NCBI GenBank assembly: GCA_963776865.1
Contig: CAVZOG010000010.1
Location: 65,430-129,429, forward strand
Length of the DNA: 64,000 bases
Direction: 5' to 3'
Source of the DNA: an uncultured Chloroflexia bacterium
GTDB lineage: Bacteria; Chloroflexota; Limnocylindria; Limnocylindrales; CSP1-4
Shown: positions 39,709 to 50,167 of the stretch, piece after piece
How positions within the stretch are numbered: position 1 is the stretch's first letter
Layout of the letters: each line of letters opens with the position of its first letter
Position numbers and translations under genes: made by a program
Notes under the pieces: generated by a model
Told to the model about the DNA's origin: nothing
Seen by the model: the letters and a program-made list of their open reading frames with translations, nothing else
Database searches by the model: none

Positions 39709-40404
39709 ATGGCCAGTCGTCAGCAGCGCCGGCAGGGGGTCGTTTACGGCCCCGCCCGACCATCCACGCCCGGATCCGGCGGCGGAGCGATCCTTGGAAG
39801 GATCCTCGGCCTGTTTGTGCTGGTGGCGGCCGTCGCCCTCCTCGGCGTCGGCGTGTTCACCTTTCTCGGCGGCGATGCGTCGCCCACGCCACTGCGGACC
39901 CCGATCGCCCGGGCCAGCACGTCGCCAAGCGCAAGTGATTTGCCCACCAGCATGCCGACGGGCACCGCTCTTACCCCAACCCAGCCCCCACCGAGCTCAT
40001 CACCAAGCGTCTCGACCGATCCCGGTGTGACGCCCTCCCCCTCGCCGCCACTCATCCAGGTCGGGCCGGGATTCGTGACCTTCGGAACCCGAGCCGACAA
40101 CGAGCTGAACATCGTCGACCCGCGTACGTCGTTTACCTCGGACGAGCGCGTCACGTGGAGCGCGTACCTGATCGAACCGGTCGATGCGACCCAGATCCGC
40201 GTGCTGGTCATCAAGGACGACCCGGCCGCTCCAGGTGGAGAGCGGCTGATCAACGACGAGGCAGCGACCCCGGCGACGACGGCCCAGATCTTCGTTCGCC
40301 GCATCAGGCCGCCCCGCTTCCTCGAGGGCCCCGGCTTCTACACCGTCCGCTACGTACGCGGCGAGCGGCTGCTGGCCGAGGGCTACTTCGTCGTCGCCGA
40401 ATAG
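39709..40404 (+). CDS. Single-pass membrane protein with a Ser/Thr/Pro linker and a small C-terminal beta-rich domain
   Basis: ATG 39709 gives MASRQQRRQG. TM segment ILGLFVLVAAVALLGVGVFTFL. No family recognised. Confidence 0.5.
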   Translation: MASRQQRRQGVVYGPARPSTPGSGGGAILGRILGLFVLVAAVALLGVGVFTFLGGDASPTPLRTPIARASTSPSASDLPTSMPTGTALTPTQPPPSSSPSVSTDPGVTPSPSPPLIQVGPGFVTFGTRADNELNIVDPRTSFTSDERVTWSAYLIEPVDATQIRVLVIKDDPAAPGGERLINDEAATPATTAQIFVRRIRPPRFLEGPGFYTVRYVRGERLLAEGYFVVAE

Positions 40405-40444
40405 GCGTGGCGTGGCCAGCGCGCGCCGGTATGCTGGACCCTCC

Positions 40445-41053
40445 ATGCGAATGCCACGCCAGCTGTCGGTCCTCGCCATCTGCGTGAGCGGCGCGATCGC
40501 GATGGCATGCGGCGGACCGACCGGCACCCCGCGCCCGAGCCCATCGTTGGTCGAGCTCGACTTCACGCCGCAGCCGAGCGGCACCGTTCAGGAATCGCCA
40601 TCGAGCGCGCCGACCGCGTCACGTGAGCCAACCTGGCCCGCCGGCTGGGACACGGCCTTCTGCACGATGCTGGCCGACGCGGTCATCGCCCAGGAGCTCG
40701 TCGTCGATATCGAGCGGGCGATCGACGAAGACGCACTGCGTGACGCGCGCGGGCTGTCGCGCGAGCTGACGGCCACTGCCATCGCGGCATCGGGGTCGAT
40801 CGAGGACATTCCCGACTGGGACGGTGGCGAGGACCTGTCGAGCGACATCGCGGCGCTGATGACCCTCGACGCGCTTATCGGCGAGGACTACGAGACCTAT
40901 CTGCGCGACGATTCGCGCGCCGCGCTCCGTCGCGTACGCAACCTTCGCCGCGAGAACGAGGCCGCGGTTCCAGGCATCAACTCCGAGCTGGAGTCGCTCG
41001 AAAGCGCCGGTCTCAGCTGCCCGGGGACGGCGCTGCAACTCGAATCGCCATAG
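40445..41053 (+). CDS. Lipoprotein of unknown function
   Basis: MRMPRQLSVLAICVSGAIAMAC with lipobox AMAC-G. Ends 6 nt before the next gene. Confidence 0.55.
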   Translation: MRMPRQLSVLAICVSGAIAMACGGPTGTPRPSPSLVELDFTPQPSGTVQESPSSAPTASREPTWPAGWDTAFCTMLADAVIAQELVVDIERAIDEDALRDARGLSRELTATAIAASGSIEDIPDWDGGEDLSSDIAALMTLDALIGEDYETYLRDDSRAALRRVRNLRRENEAAVPGINSELESLESAGLSCPGTALQLESP

Positions 41054-41059
41054 CCGACC

Positions 41060-43747
41060 GTGGCATCGGCGACCAGCGACGCGGCGGCTGAGAGGCCGTC
41101 AACACCGACTTTCCTGTTCAGCGACATCGAGGGATCGACCAGGCTGATCCAGCAGCTTGGCGACGCGTACCCGGGCGTGTTGGCCGAGCACCGACGACTG
41201 ATCGGCGATGCCGTCACGAGCAACGGCGGGAGCATCTTCGGCACCGAGGGCGACGCGCTGTTCTGCGCGTTTGCCTCGCCTGTTGGCGCCGTCTCCGCCG
41301 CGGCCGCGGCACAGCGCGCGCTGGGCGAGCACGAGTGGCCGGTAGACGCCGAGATCAAGGTGCGCATGGGCATCCACACCGGACAGGCGTTGCTGACCGG
41401 CGGCGACTATGTGGGCCTGTCATTGCACGAAGTCGCGCGGATCACCGCCGCCGGCCACGGTGGCCAGGTGCTCGTCTCGGAAACCACCCGTCGGCTGTTA
41501 ACGGCACTGCCCGCCGGGCTCGAGCTGCGCGACCTCGGCGAGCGGCGGCTGAAGGACCTCAGCGCACCGGCACGGATCTACCAGCTCGTCGGCGAGGGCC
41601 TGGGCGACCGATTCCCGCCGCTCCGGACGCTCGACCAGCGGGCAAACAACCTGCCCGTCCAGCTGACCACGTTCGTCGGCCGGGCGGAGCTGGCGGTCGC
41701 GCAGGCGGCTCTCGCCGAGACGCGGTTGCTGACTCTCACTGGCCCGGGCGGCACGGGCAAGACCCGCCTGGCTCTGCAGCTCGCGGCGGTCGCCAGCGAC
41801 GCCTTCGAGGACGGCGTGTACTTCGTTGGCCTCGATGCGGTCGTCGAGCCAGCACTGGTGCCGTCCGAGATCGCAACCACCATCGGCCTGTCGGTGACTG
41901 GCAGCACACCGCCGCTGCAGGCCATCGTCGAGTACCTGCGCGAGAAGGAGCTGCTGCTCGTGCTCGACAACTTCGAGCAGGTCGTCGATGCCGCCGCGAC
42001 CGTGGGCCAGCTGCTGCGTGACGCCCCCAGGATCAAGATCATCGTCACCACCCGGATCGTGCTGCACACGTATGGCGAGCGCGAGCTCCCCGTGCCACCA
42101 CTCGGACTTCCGCCGCCGGGCGAGCAGCGCCTCAGTGCGAGCGATGCGTCCGAGTACGAGGCGGTGCAGCTCTTCGTCGAGCGTGCGATGGCCGTCCAGC
42201 CGGCGTTCATGCTGACTGACGAGAACGCGCCGCAGATCGTTGACATCACGCGACGGCTGGACGGACTGCCGCTGGCGATTGAGCTCGCCGCTGCCCGAAC
42301 CCGGGCGCTATCGGTGTCGGCCATCCACGCTCGGCTCGACCAGCATCTGGCGCTGCTGACCGGCGGCGCTCGTGATCTGCCCGGCCGTCAGCAGACGTTG
42401 CGCGGCGCGATCGACTGGAGCTACGACCTGCTCGAGGGTCCGGACAAACGCCTGTTCGAGCGCTTCTCGGTTCACGCCGGCGGCGCCTACCTGAGTCAGG
42501 CCGACGAGGTCTGTGGGCCGGCCACCGAGCTCGGCGAGGACGTGCTCGACGGGTTGACGTCGCTCTCCGACAAGAGCCTCGTCAAACCGGATCTGGCGGC
42601 GGAAGAGGACCCTCGCTTCGCGATGCTGGTAACGATTCGCGACTACGCCCACGAGCGACTCGAGGGCAGCGACGAGTTCGCCGAGCTGGCCGAGCGCCAC
42701 GCCCAGACATATCTGGCGTTGGCCGAAAGCGTCGCCGACAGCCTTACCGGACCGCAGGGTCGCCAACTGGCCGATCGCCTCGAGCGCGACCACGATAATC
42801 TCCGCGCGGCCCTGGACTGGGCCGTCGCGAACGGACAGGTCGAGTACTCACTGCGCTTCATTACTGCGGTTTGGCGGTTCTGGCAGATCCGTGGCCACCT
42901 CGACGAGGCGCGACGACGCGTGGATGTCGTCACCTCGTTACCGGGCGTCGCCGACCAGCCGGCTGAACTGATGGCGCATTCGTACGCAGCCGCCGGCGGG
43001 ATCACCTACTGGCAGGCCGACGTGTCGGCCACCCATCGCTATTACGGCCTGGCCCTCGAGGCGGCACGACGTTCAGGCGACGAGCGTCTGCTCGCCGAAG
43101 CCCTCTACAACTACGGATTTGGCGCGACTGATGAAACCAGGCTGTCGAATGAGCTCTACATCGCCGGGCGGCCGTACTGGGAAGAGAGCCTGGCGATCTA
43201 CGAGCGACTTGGCGACTTGCGCGGTGTTGCCGACGCGAACTGGGGCCTTGCCTCGGCGTTATCGGCAATGGGTGAGACCGACGCAGGCATCGCGCATGCC
43301 GAGGCGGCCCTGGCTGAGTACCAGCGCCTGGGTGATCCATTCGGTACCGGCTGGGCGCGGTACATGCTCGCCGGGCTATTTGCCCGTCGCGGCGAAGTCG
43401 ACACCGGTGAGCCGCACCTGCGCGAATCGCTCATCGTCTTCGCCGCTGCCGGCGATAAGTCGGGCATCCTCCTGAACCTGGCTGCCTACGCTCTGCTGGC
43501 CGGAATGCGCGGCGACATTGAGCGTGCCAACCGCCTTGGCGGAGCTGTCGAAACGCTGCGTGCAGCGACTGGCACCGGACTCATTGACGATGCGCCGGAG
43601 TGGTTCGAATTCAGCATCCCGACCAAGCCTGAAGGCGGTTCCGAGGCGCTTCGGTGGTGGGATGAAGGCGTCCGGATGTCGGTCGAAGAAGCGACCACCT
43701 ATGCGCTCGAACAACCCCCCGGCAATTCGACGGTAACCGCCGAATAA
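41060..43747 (+). CDS. Class III adenylate/guanylate cyclase / NB-ARC-like STAND ATPase / TPR multidomain protein
   Basis: Intact 895 aa. Cyclase region TFLFSDIEGSTRL..GTEGDALFCAF..RMGIHTG. Walker A LTGPGGTGKTRLA and Walker B LLLVLDNFEQ. The C-terminal half is helical-repeat. No HTH is visible. Confidence 0.85.
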   Translation: MASATSDAAAERPSTPTFLFSDIEGSTRLIQQLGDAYPGVLAEHRRLIGDAVTSNGGSIFGTEGDALFCAFASPVGAVSAAAAAQRALGEHEWPVDAEIKVRMGIHTGQALLTGGDYVGLSLHEVARITAAGHGGQVLVSETTRRLLTALPAGLELRDLGERRLKDLSAPARIYQLVGEGLGDRFPPLRTLDQRANNLPVQLTTFVGRAELAVAQAALAETRLLTLTGPGGTGKTRLALQLAAVASDAFEDGVYFVGLDAVVEPALVPSEIATTIGLSVTGSTPPLQAIVEYLREKELLLVLDNFEQVVDAAATVGQLLRDAPRIKIIVTTRIVLHTYGERELPVPPLGLPPPGEQRLSASDASEYEAVQLFVERAMAVQPAFMLTDENAPQIVDITRRLDGLPLAIELAAARTRALSVSAIHARLDQHLALLTGGARDLPGRQQTLRGAIDWSYDLLEGPDKRLFERFSVHAGGAYLSQADEVCGPATELGEDVLDGLTSLSDKSLVKPDLAAEEDPRFAMLVTIRDYAHERLEGSDEFAELAERHAQTYLALAESVADSLTGPQGRQLADRLERDHDNLRAALDWAVANGQVEYSLRFITAVWRFWQIRGHLDEARRRVDVVTSLPGVADQPAELMAHSYAAAGGITYWQADVSATHRYYGLALEAARRSGDERLLAEALYNYGFGATDETRLSNELYIAGRPYWEESLAIYERLGDLRGVADANWGLASALSAMGETDAGIAHAEAALAEYQRLGDPFGTGWARYMLAGLFARRGEVDTGEPHLRESLIVFAAAGDKSGILLNLAAYALLAGMRGDIERANRLGGAVETLRAATGTGLIDDAPEWFEFSIPTKPEGGSEALRWWDEGVRMSVEEATTYALEQPPGNSTVTAE

Positions 43748-43770
43748 GGGGCCGCGGTCAACATCGCGGC

Positions 43771-44454
43771 ATGCGCTCCAGCAAGCGGTCGAAACGCCTC
43801 TCAAGCCACCCGTCGAGCGGTTCGAACATCGTCATACCGTCCCGGGCGGAGGTCCGTCGCGCGGCGGGCTCACTGCCTGCAGATCTCAACTGGGAAGCGC
43901 TGTCGGCTGGTCTGCGGCCGGTTTTCGTGCGCCGAAGGCCATTGCCGCCCGGCGCAGAGGCGCCGGTCACGATCCGGCTGCCGCTCGGTGTGAGCGTCGG
44001 ATTGGGTGTCGATATCGGTCCGGCGTTCATGTACGTCGGTCCGGAGATGCTTCGCTCATGGGCGGTGTCAATTGACGAAGCATTCGAGCGGGCGATGAGC
44101 AACCTACGCCAGGCACTGCTCGCCGAGCGTTTCGTGGAGATGGAGTACGGCGCTATCGCCGGTGTGCCGATGTGGTGGTACCAATCGCACGCGGGCATCG
44201 CCTCGGGAATGCTCCTCCTCGAGGATGAGCTGGCGAAGCGCTACGGCGACCAGCCGCGGTTGCTCGCGGCGCCGATGAGGAACCTTCTGCTTGCCGCGCC
44301 GTTCGACGCGGATCGTGAGCTGCTGAGCTGGATCAGGGACGAGATCGCGGAGGAGGACCCGAACGGCCTGGACCTGCCGATCTTCGCCCTGGTCGACGGC
44401 CGGCTGTCGATCGACAGCCGGTCAACGATCATCGAACAGGCGATGGTTCACTGA
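43771..44454 (+). CDS. Hypothetical 227-aa protein
   Basis: ORF 23 nt downstream of the STAND gene. No motif recognised; at best faintly DUF1444/YtpQ-like. Confidence 0.45.
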   Translation: MRSSKRSKRLSSHPSSGSNIVIPSRAEVRRAAGSLPADLNWEALSAGLRPVFVRRRPLPPGAEAPVTIRLPLGVSVGLGVDIGPAFMYVGPEMLRSWAVSIDEAFERAMSNLRQALLAERFVEMEYGAIAGVPMWWYQSHAGIASGMLLLEDELAKRYGDQPRLLAAPMRNLLLAAPFDADRELLSWIRDEIAEEDPNGLDLPIFALVDGRLSIDSRSTIIEQAMVH

Positions 44455-44840
44455 TGCTCGCCGGGGATGCCTCGCTCGGTCAGCGCGGCGCCGAAACCAT
44501 CGAGATCGGCAACAGTTACGTACAGCGCGGGCGGGTGTAGCGGTCCCCACCTGACCGGCCGACGAAAGTCAAGCCGAACGCCGGCCTTGTGGTTGCCGCC
44601 GAAGGACAGGACACCGTCGAGGATGCCCCGCCGCAAACCGATCGCCGTAATCCACAACCACGGCCCCTCGATGCGCCAACGGGTGATGTTCTCGATAGGC
44701 GTGGAGATATCGAAGAAGCCGAAGCTCGCGTGCAGGTCACCGTCAATGTCCACGTAGCTGTTGGACTCCCTGGCTCCGAAGAGCAGCAGCAGCGGTCGCG
44801 AGTTGCGACCCAGCCGTATCGGGAAGCGCCGCGAGCTCAT
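44448..44840 (-). CDS. Hypothetical 130-aa protein
   Basis: The ATG overlaps the upstream lipoprotein stop (ATGA 44837-44840). No motif recognised. Confidence 0.45.
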   Translation of the reverse strand: MSSRRFPIRLGRNSRPLLLLFGARESNSYVDIDGDLHASFGFFDISTPIENITRWRIEGPWLWITAIGLRRGILDGVLSFGGNHKAGVRLDFRRPVRWGPLHPPALYVTVADLDGFGAALTERGIPGEHQ

Positions 44841-46135
44841 TGCGCTTCCAGCTCGACACTGTCGAGGATCGGCAGCGCTTCATCCCACGCCTCTTCCAGC
44901 TCACCGGCCGTGGCAAGGACCAGGAAGAGCAGCAGGCCGTCGTCCCACGGCATCATCGCCAGCCGAGCATCGTGCTCCGGTCCGAGGCCGAAGTCACCGC
45001 CCGGCCCGCCAAAGATGTGGGTCTCGGGCGTCATTGTGCGCAGGTCGATCTGCGTGCCATCGAGCCCGGCGACGGCTACATCGGAGGGCTCGCTCGTTTC
45101 GAGATCAATCCGCGCCGCGAGTAGATCAGCCGCTTCGGCAGGTGTCAGGTCGGATGCCGGCATGTCGGGATCGCCGTGGATCACCGTCGGCAAGCCGAAC
45201 GCGATCCAGCGCGACGGCGTACCGGGCGCGGCGCCAGGGATCTGCAGCAGATCGAAGAAGTCGCCGTGGAGGTGGCCGCTCTCCCAATCCTCGCCGATGA
45301 CTTCGAACGTGAACGGGACATCGAACGGTGGCGAGCTCGAATAGCGGCCCTGTGCAAGTGGCTGAACAGCCGCGCTCGGGAAGGCGAGGCTGGCCGACTC
45401 GAGCAGTGGCGCGGCCTCGACCGCCCAGTCGTCCATGCCGTCGTTCGGCGCCACGAGGAGGACGATAAAGATCTCGTCTTCGTAATCGACGATCTGCAGC
45501 CGGGTATCGTCGGCCGGGCCGATGCCCAGCAACACCCTCTCGTCATCGCCGAGCACGTTCGTGTCTGCTGCGGTCGCCGCGACGTCAACCTCGATGCCGT
45601 CCAGTCCGGCGAAGGTGATCGGCCGCGCGTCGCTCACCTCCAGCCCCGAGTTCTGGCGCAACAGCTCGACCGCGTCCTCGACCGAGTCGGGCGCAGCGCC
45701 CTCGGTCGGCCCGTAGACGATGGTCGGAGTCACGAAGCCCACCGCGCGCGTTTCGGCGTCCGTGACCTGCGCGACGTCGTACAGCCCGGGCTCGAGGTGA
45801 ATCGTCTCCCAGCCTTCCGGAACCTCGAGGATCAGCTGCGGATCGGCCGATGAATTGGTGTAACGGCCTGGCTGGAGTGGGCCAGCGCTCAGCTCGCGCA
45901 GGCCGGCGCCACTCGTCGGCACCGTCGGAGCAACCGTGGCGCTCGGAGAGGACGCAGAGGGCGTGTCGGTCGGGCTCGGCGCAGTCGTCGGAGTTGGTGC
46001 GTTGGTCGGCGTAGGCGAGATGGCCGCCGTTGGCTGCTCGGTCGGAGTCGGCTGTCCCGGGGTGGCAGTTGGACCGGCCGTCGGCGCCGCGCAGGCGGCC
46101 AGGAGTAGGACGCCGAGCCATGCGAGCCGAGCCAT
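44837..46135 (-). CDS. Lipoprotein with two tandem homologous ~170-aa domains
   Basis: MARLAWLGVLLLAAC lipobox, then a Thr/Pro linker. Both halves share the pattern GRY..S....F...V.EGWE..H......AGLDG..ID. Confidence 0.55.
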   Translation of the reverse strand: MARLAWLGVLLLAACAAPTAGPTATPGQPTPTEQPTAAISPTPTNAPTPTTAPSPTDTPSASSPSATVAPTVPTSGAGLRELSAGPLQPGRYTNSSADPQLILEVPEGWETIHLEPGLYDVAQVTDAETRAVGFVTPTIVYGPTEGAAPDSVEDAVELLRQNSGLEVSDARPITFAGLDGIEVDVAATAADTNVLGDDERVLLGIGPADDTRLQIVDYEDEIFIVLLVAPNDGMDDWAVEAAPLLESASLAFPSAAVQPLAQGRYSSSPPFDVPFTFEVIGEDWESGHLHGDFFDLLQIPGAAPGTPSRWIAFGLPTVIHGDPDMPASDLTPAEAADLLAARIDLETSEPSDVAVAGLDGTQIDLRTMTPETHIFGGPGGDFGLGPEHDARLAMMPWDDGLLLFLVLATAGELEEAWDEALPILDSVELEAQ

Positions 46136-46184
46136 CGGGCAAGGCTACCGCCGTCGCCGGATTCGGCCCGCGTCGGGCCATGCC

Positions 46185-46961
46185 TCAGGGGCCGCTGATG
46201 TTCCTCTGAAGATCCAGGAGCGGTTGCTGGCTGACGGTTATGAAGCCATCGCGCGGTCGGTCGAGGTCGATAACGAGCGTCAGGACGGCGCCCAGCGCAA
46301 TCACCAGCACGACTGCGCTGAGCACACTGCGCCGACCGGTGATCCCGGCGCTGTAGCCGAGCATCACCAATGACAGGATGGCGCCAATCGTGAGCAGCAG
46401 GATTACCGTCTCGGGCACACGCGCGTACACGCCGGCGACGACACGCGACTCATGCAGGTCAATGACCTCGTTAAGCGATTCGATGAACAGCGCATTGACA
46501 TCGTTGCCGTTCGTGCGCGCCACGTCCTCGGCGATCAGCCACATCTGCTGGAGGAGCTCCTCGGATCGCGCGATCTGCTGGGCGAGCTGCGCGATGGTCG
46601 GCGGAGCGATGCGCAGCGGCACGTATTCGCGCAACAGGACGCGCATCTCTTCGTTGGCCGGCGCCGGCAGGTAGCCCGCGCGCAGGTAGGTTGTTCCGAT
46701 CGCGTTTGCCTCCGCGAGGACGAGGCCGCGGCGGGTGTCGAAGCGGTCGGACGCCATGCTCATCGTCACCGCGAGGAGGAACGCCATCAGCGCCAGGATC
46801 GCCCCGACCAGGGTGCCGGTAGGTCCTTCCTGCTCGCCCGGAGTGCGCTCCTGCCACCAGCGACCGATGCGGAAGCCCGCCTCATAGCCGACCAGCGCGA
46901 GGATGGCGAAGATGAGCGTGAAAGCCAGGACAGGAATCGGATCCAGGAGCTGACTGGTCAT
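46185..46961 (-). CDS. DUF4239 (bestrophin-like) membrane protein
   Basis: 258 aa with N- and C-terminal TM pairs and the central region DRFDTRRGLVLAEANAIGTTYLRA, typical of the family. Confidence 0.65.
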   Translation of the reverse strand: MTSQLLDPIPVLAFTLIFAILALVGYEAGFRIGRWWQERTPGEQEGPTGTLVGAILALMAFLLAVTMSMASDRFDTRRGLVLAEANAIGTTYLRAGYLPAPANEEMRVLLREYVPLRIAPPTIAQLAQQIARSEELLQQMWLIAEDVARTNGNDVNALFIESLNEVIDLHESRVVAGVYARVPETVILLLTIGAILSLVMLGYSAGITGRRSVLSAVVLVIALGAVLTLVIDLDRPRDGFITVSQQPLLDLQRNISGP

Positions 46962-47111
46962 CGGCTGGTGGACCCTCTCTCAACTCACAGAGCGCGCCGC
47001 GCTCAACGGCCTTCAATCTCGCCGACGTCGAGGCCGCCCTGCATCGCCCCGTTGGGATGAAACGCCGGCCACGTGTCGACTGTGGGAAGATCGCCGGCAG
47101 GAGGATCAACG

Positions 47112-47602
<491 letters not shown>

Positions 47603-47734
47603 ACCGAGGACCCGCGGCGCGCTCAAAAGCGTACGCACGGGTCCAGAAGTATAGACGAGGGGCCCATTCCGGCCCCCAGACGGTCAGGCGGTGGCGCGCG
47701 CCGGAAGCCAGCCGCGGGGACTAGCTCCAGCTGC

Positions 47735-48838
47735 CTAGCGGCGGCGCACGTGCTGCGCGCCGATCTCGTCCGGCCTCGAAACGCCGAGCAGGGCCATGTC
47801 CGTACGAATCTCGGCGGCGAGGATGTCGAGCACCCGACGCGCCCCGTGCCCGCCGCCGACGGCCAGCCCGAACACGGCCGGCCGGCCGACCAGAACGCCG
47901 CGCGCGCCAAGGGCCAGTGCGATCAGCACGTCCGCCCCGCGCCGGACGCCGCCGTCGACGTAGACCTCGGCACGACCGCCGACCGCTTGGACGACCTCGG
48001 GCAGTACCTCGATCGCCGGCGGTGTGCGGTCCAGCTGCCGCCCGCCGTGGTTGGACACGATCACCGCCGCCGCGCCGTGCTCGACGGCAAGCGCGGCGTC
48101 CTCCCCGGTGAGGATGCCCTTGATGACCAGCGGCAGGTCGGTCAGCGAGCGCAGCCATGCCAGGTCGGACCAGGTGAACGAGGCGTCGTTGAGGCCGCCG
48201 ATCACGACCGATATCGACTCGTCGGACGCGTCCGCGGATCCCTCGCGCGCGACCGACGCCGGGAAGTTGCCGAAGGCCTGCGGGTAGGCGAGCTCGTTGC
48301 GCCGATCACGATCGCGGCTGCCGGCGATCGGTAGATCGACCGTCACCACGAGCGCGCCATAGCCGGCCGCCGCGGCACGCTGTACGAGGCTCGCCGAGCG
48401 CGCCCGGTCGCGATGGACGTACAACTGGAACCAGCGCGGTCCGCTGCCGCCGGTCGCTTCGGCCGCCGCGGCAACCTCCTCCATCGAGCGCGACGACATC
48501 GTCGACAGGCAATACGGAACTCCGGCTGAAGCGGCCGCGGCGGCCAGCGCAGGCTCGGCGTCGGGATGCGCGAAGTGCTGGAAAGCGACCGGCGCTACGC
48601 CGAACGGCGCGCTGACCGGCTGGCCGAGGAAGGTCGTCGACGCGTCGACGGCGGAGACGTCGACCAGGACGCGCGGCCGCAGCTGCCAGGCGTCGAATGC
48701 CGCTTCGTTGGCGGCCAGCGTGCGTTCGTCGCCCGCGCCGCCGGCGATGTAGTCGAACGCCGCCTGGTCGAGAATATCGGCCGCCAATCGTTCGAAATCG
48801 CGCACGGAGACGGCCGACATGGCCGGGTCGGTGGTCAA
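47735..48838 (-). CDS. FMN-dependent alpha-hydroxy-acid oxidase/dehydrogenase (LldD/glycolate oxidase family)
   Basis: AFDYIAGGAGDE and the signature SNHGGRQLD. TTG 48838 overlaps the MFS stop; ATG 48820 is an alternative start. Confidence 0.85.
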   Translation of the reverse strand: MTTDPAMSAVSVRDFERLAADILDQAAFDYIAGGAGDERTLAANEAAFDAWQLRPRVLVDVSAVDASTTFLGQPVSAPFGVAPVAFQHFAHPDAEPALAAAAASAGVPYCLSTMSSRSMEEVAAAAEATGGSGPRWFQLYVHRDRARSASLVQRAAAAGYGALVVTVDLPIAGSRDRDRRNELAYPQAFGNFPASVAREGSADASDESISVVIGGLNDASFTWSDLAWLRSLTDLPLVIKGILTGEDAALAVEHGAAAVIVSNHGGRQLDRTPPAIEVLPEVVQAVGGRAEVYVDGGVRRGADVLIALALGARGVLVGRPAVFGLAVGGGHGARRVLDILAAEIRTDMALLGVSRPDEIGAQHVRRR

Positions 48839-50109
48839 GGCCGGAGCATACGCGGCCGGCCGCCAGGGCTATCGTGGCCGGCGAGCCTGATCGGCAGCAC
48901 GACCAGCGCAGCGGCGACGAAGGAAGCGGCCATGATCACGAACGTGACCGGCAGCCCGGCGTCCTCGCCGAGCAACTCGATGACCGCGCCATACAGCACT
49001 ATCCAGAGCGAGCCGACGCCGAAGGCGAGCGTGAAGTACAGCGCGAACGACGCGTCGCGCAACGCGGGCGGCGTGATATCGGACAGCAGCGCCTGGAGCT
49101 GCGGGCTCTCGACGAAGTTGAACACGCTGAGCAGGACGATCGCCAACCACAGCAGCGTCACGTTCGATCCGGCCGCGACGAACAGCAGCAGAGCGGCGAA
49201 GCCGCCCGCGTACGCGCCGATGATCAGCGGTTTGCGGCCGTAGATGTCTGAGAGCCAGCCGGCGACGATCGGCCCGGGCACGCTGCCGATGACGAGCACC
49301 GTGTACATCAGCGCCACGGTCGTGGTGTCGAGACCGATCACCACGCTGAGGTAGAGCGGCACGAAGACGTTCAGCACGCCCAGGCCGCGACCGCCGCCGC
49401 CGAGCATCGCCGAGGCAAAGACGAGCAGCAGGTTCCGATCGTGGACCACAGCTCCGAGCGCCGAGCGAAGCGTGCCGTAGGCACGGGCAGCGGCACGATC
49501 GGCGCCCGACTCGCGCACGAAGGCAAAGATCGCCAACGCGACGACCATCGCCGGCACGCCGAACAGCACGACCGTCCAGCGCCAGCCAATTCCGGCGATC
49601 AGCCACGCCCCGAGCAGCGGCACGAAGACCGTGCCCACATTGCCGCCGGCGATGTGGGCCGAGATGGCAAAGCCGCGTCGCTCGGGCGGGAACTGCTCGG
49701 CGAGCAGGCCGTTGCCGACCGGGTGCTGCGGCGATCCGGCGACGCGCGAGACGATGTTGGCGACAGCAAACGTGCCGAAGCTGTTGGCCAGCGCCTGGAG
49801 CGCCATGCCGCCGCCAAAGATCAAGCCGCCGACGGTCAGGATGTTGCGCCGCGACACGAAGCGGGTGATGCCGGCGTACGTGAACTGGATCAGTCCGGAA
49901 GCGATGTTGCCGGCGGCGGCCAGAAAGGCGATGGCGGCAACGGTGACGCCGAACTCGGCGATGATCGCGAGGTAGACGAGCGGCATCAGCGCGGCCTGGG
50001 CGTGATTGAAGGCGTGCGCGACGCTGAGCAGCCAGAGCGTGCGCATCGGCCGAACGTCTTCGGCGGGCGGAATGGCCGCGGCCGGCCGGTCGAGCTCGAG
50101 GTCCACCAT
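48835..50109 (-). CDS. MFS transporter
   Basis: Intact 424 aa, about 12 TM segments. Immediately upstream of, and overlapping, the hydroxy-acid oxidase gene. Confidence 0.8.
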   Translation of the reverse strand: MVDLELDRPAAAIPPAEDVRPMRTLWLLSVAHAFNHAQAALMPLVYLAIIAEFGVTVAAIAFLAAAGNIASGLIQFTYAGITRFVSRRNILTVGGLIFGGGMALQALANSFGTFAVANIVSRVAGSPQHPVGNGLLAEQFPPERRGFAISAHIAGGNVGTVFVPLLGAWLIAGIGWRWTVVLFGVPAMVVALAIFAFVRESGADRAAARAYGTLRSALGAVVHDRNLLLVFASAMLGGGGRGLGVLNVFVPLYLSVVIGLDTTTVALMYTVLVIGSVPGPIVAGWLSDIYGRKPLIIGAYAGGFAALLLFVAAGSNVTLLWLAIVLLSVFNFVESPQLQALLSDITPPALRDASFALYFTLAFGVGSLWIVLYGAVIELLGEDAGLPVTFVIMAASFVAAALVVLPIRLAGHDSPGGRPRMLRP

Positions 50110-50167
50110 CGGCGTCGGAGGCTAGCAAGGAAGTCCGCCGTGCGGGCGCTCGCTAAACTCAGTCGAC

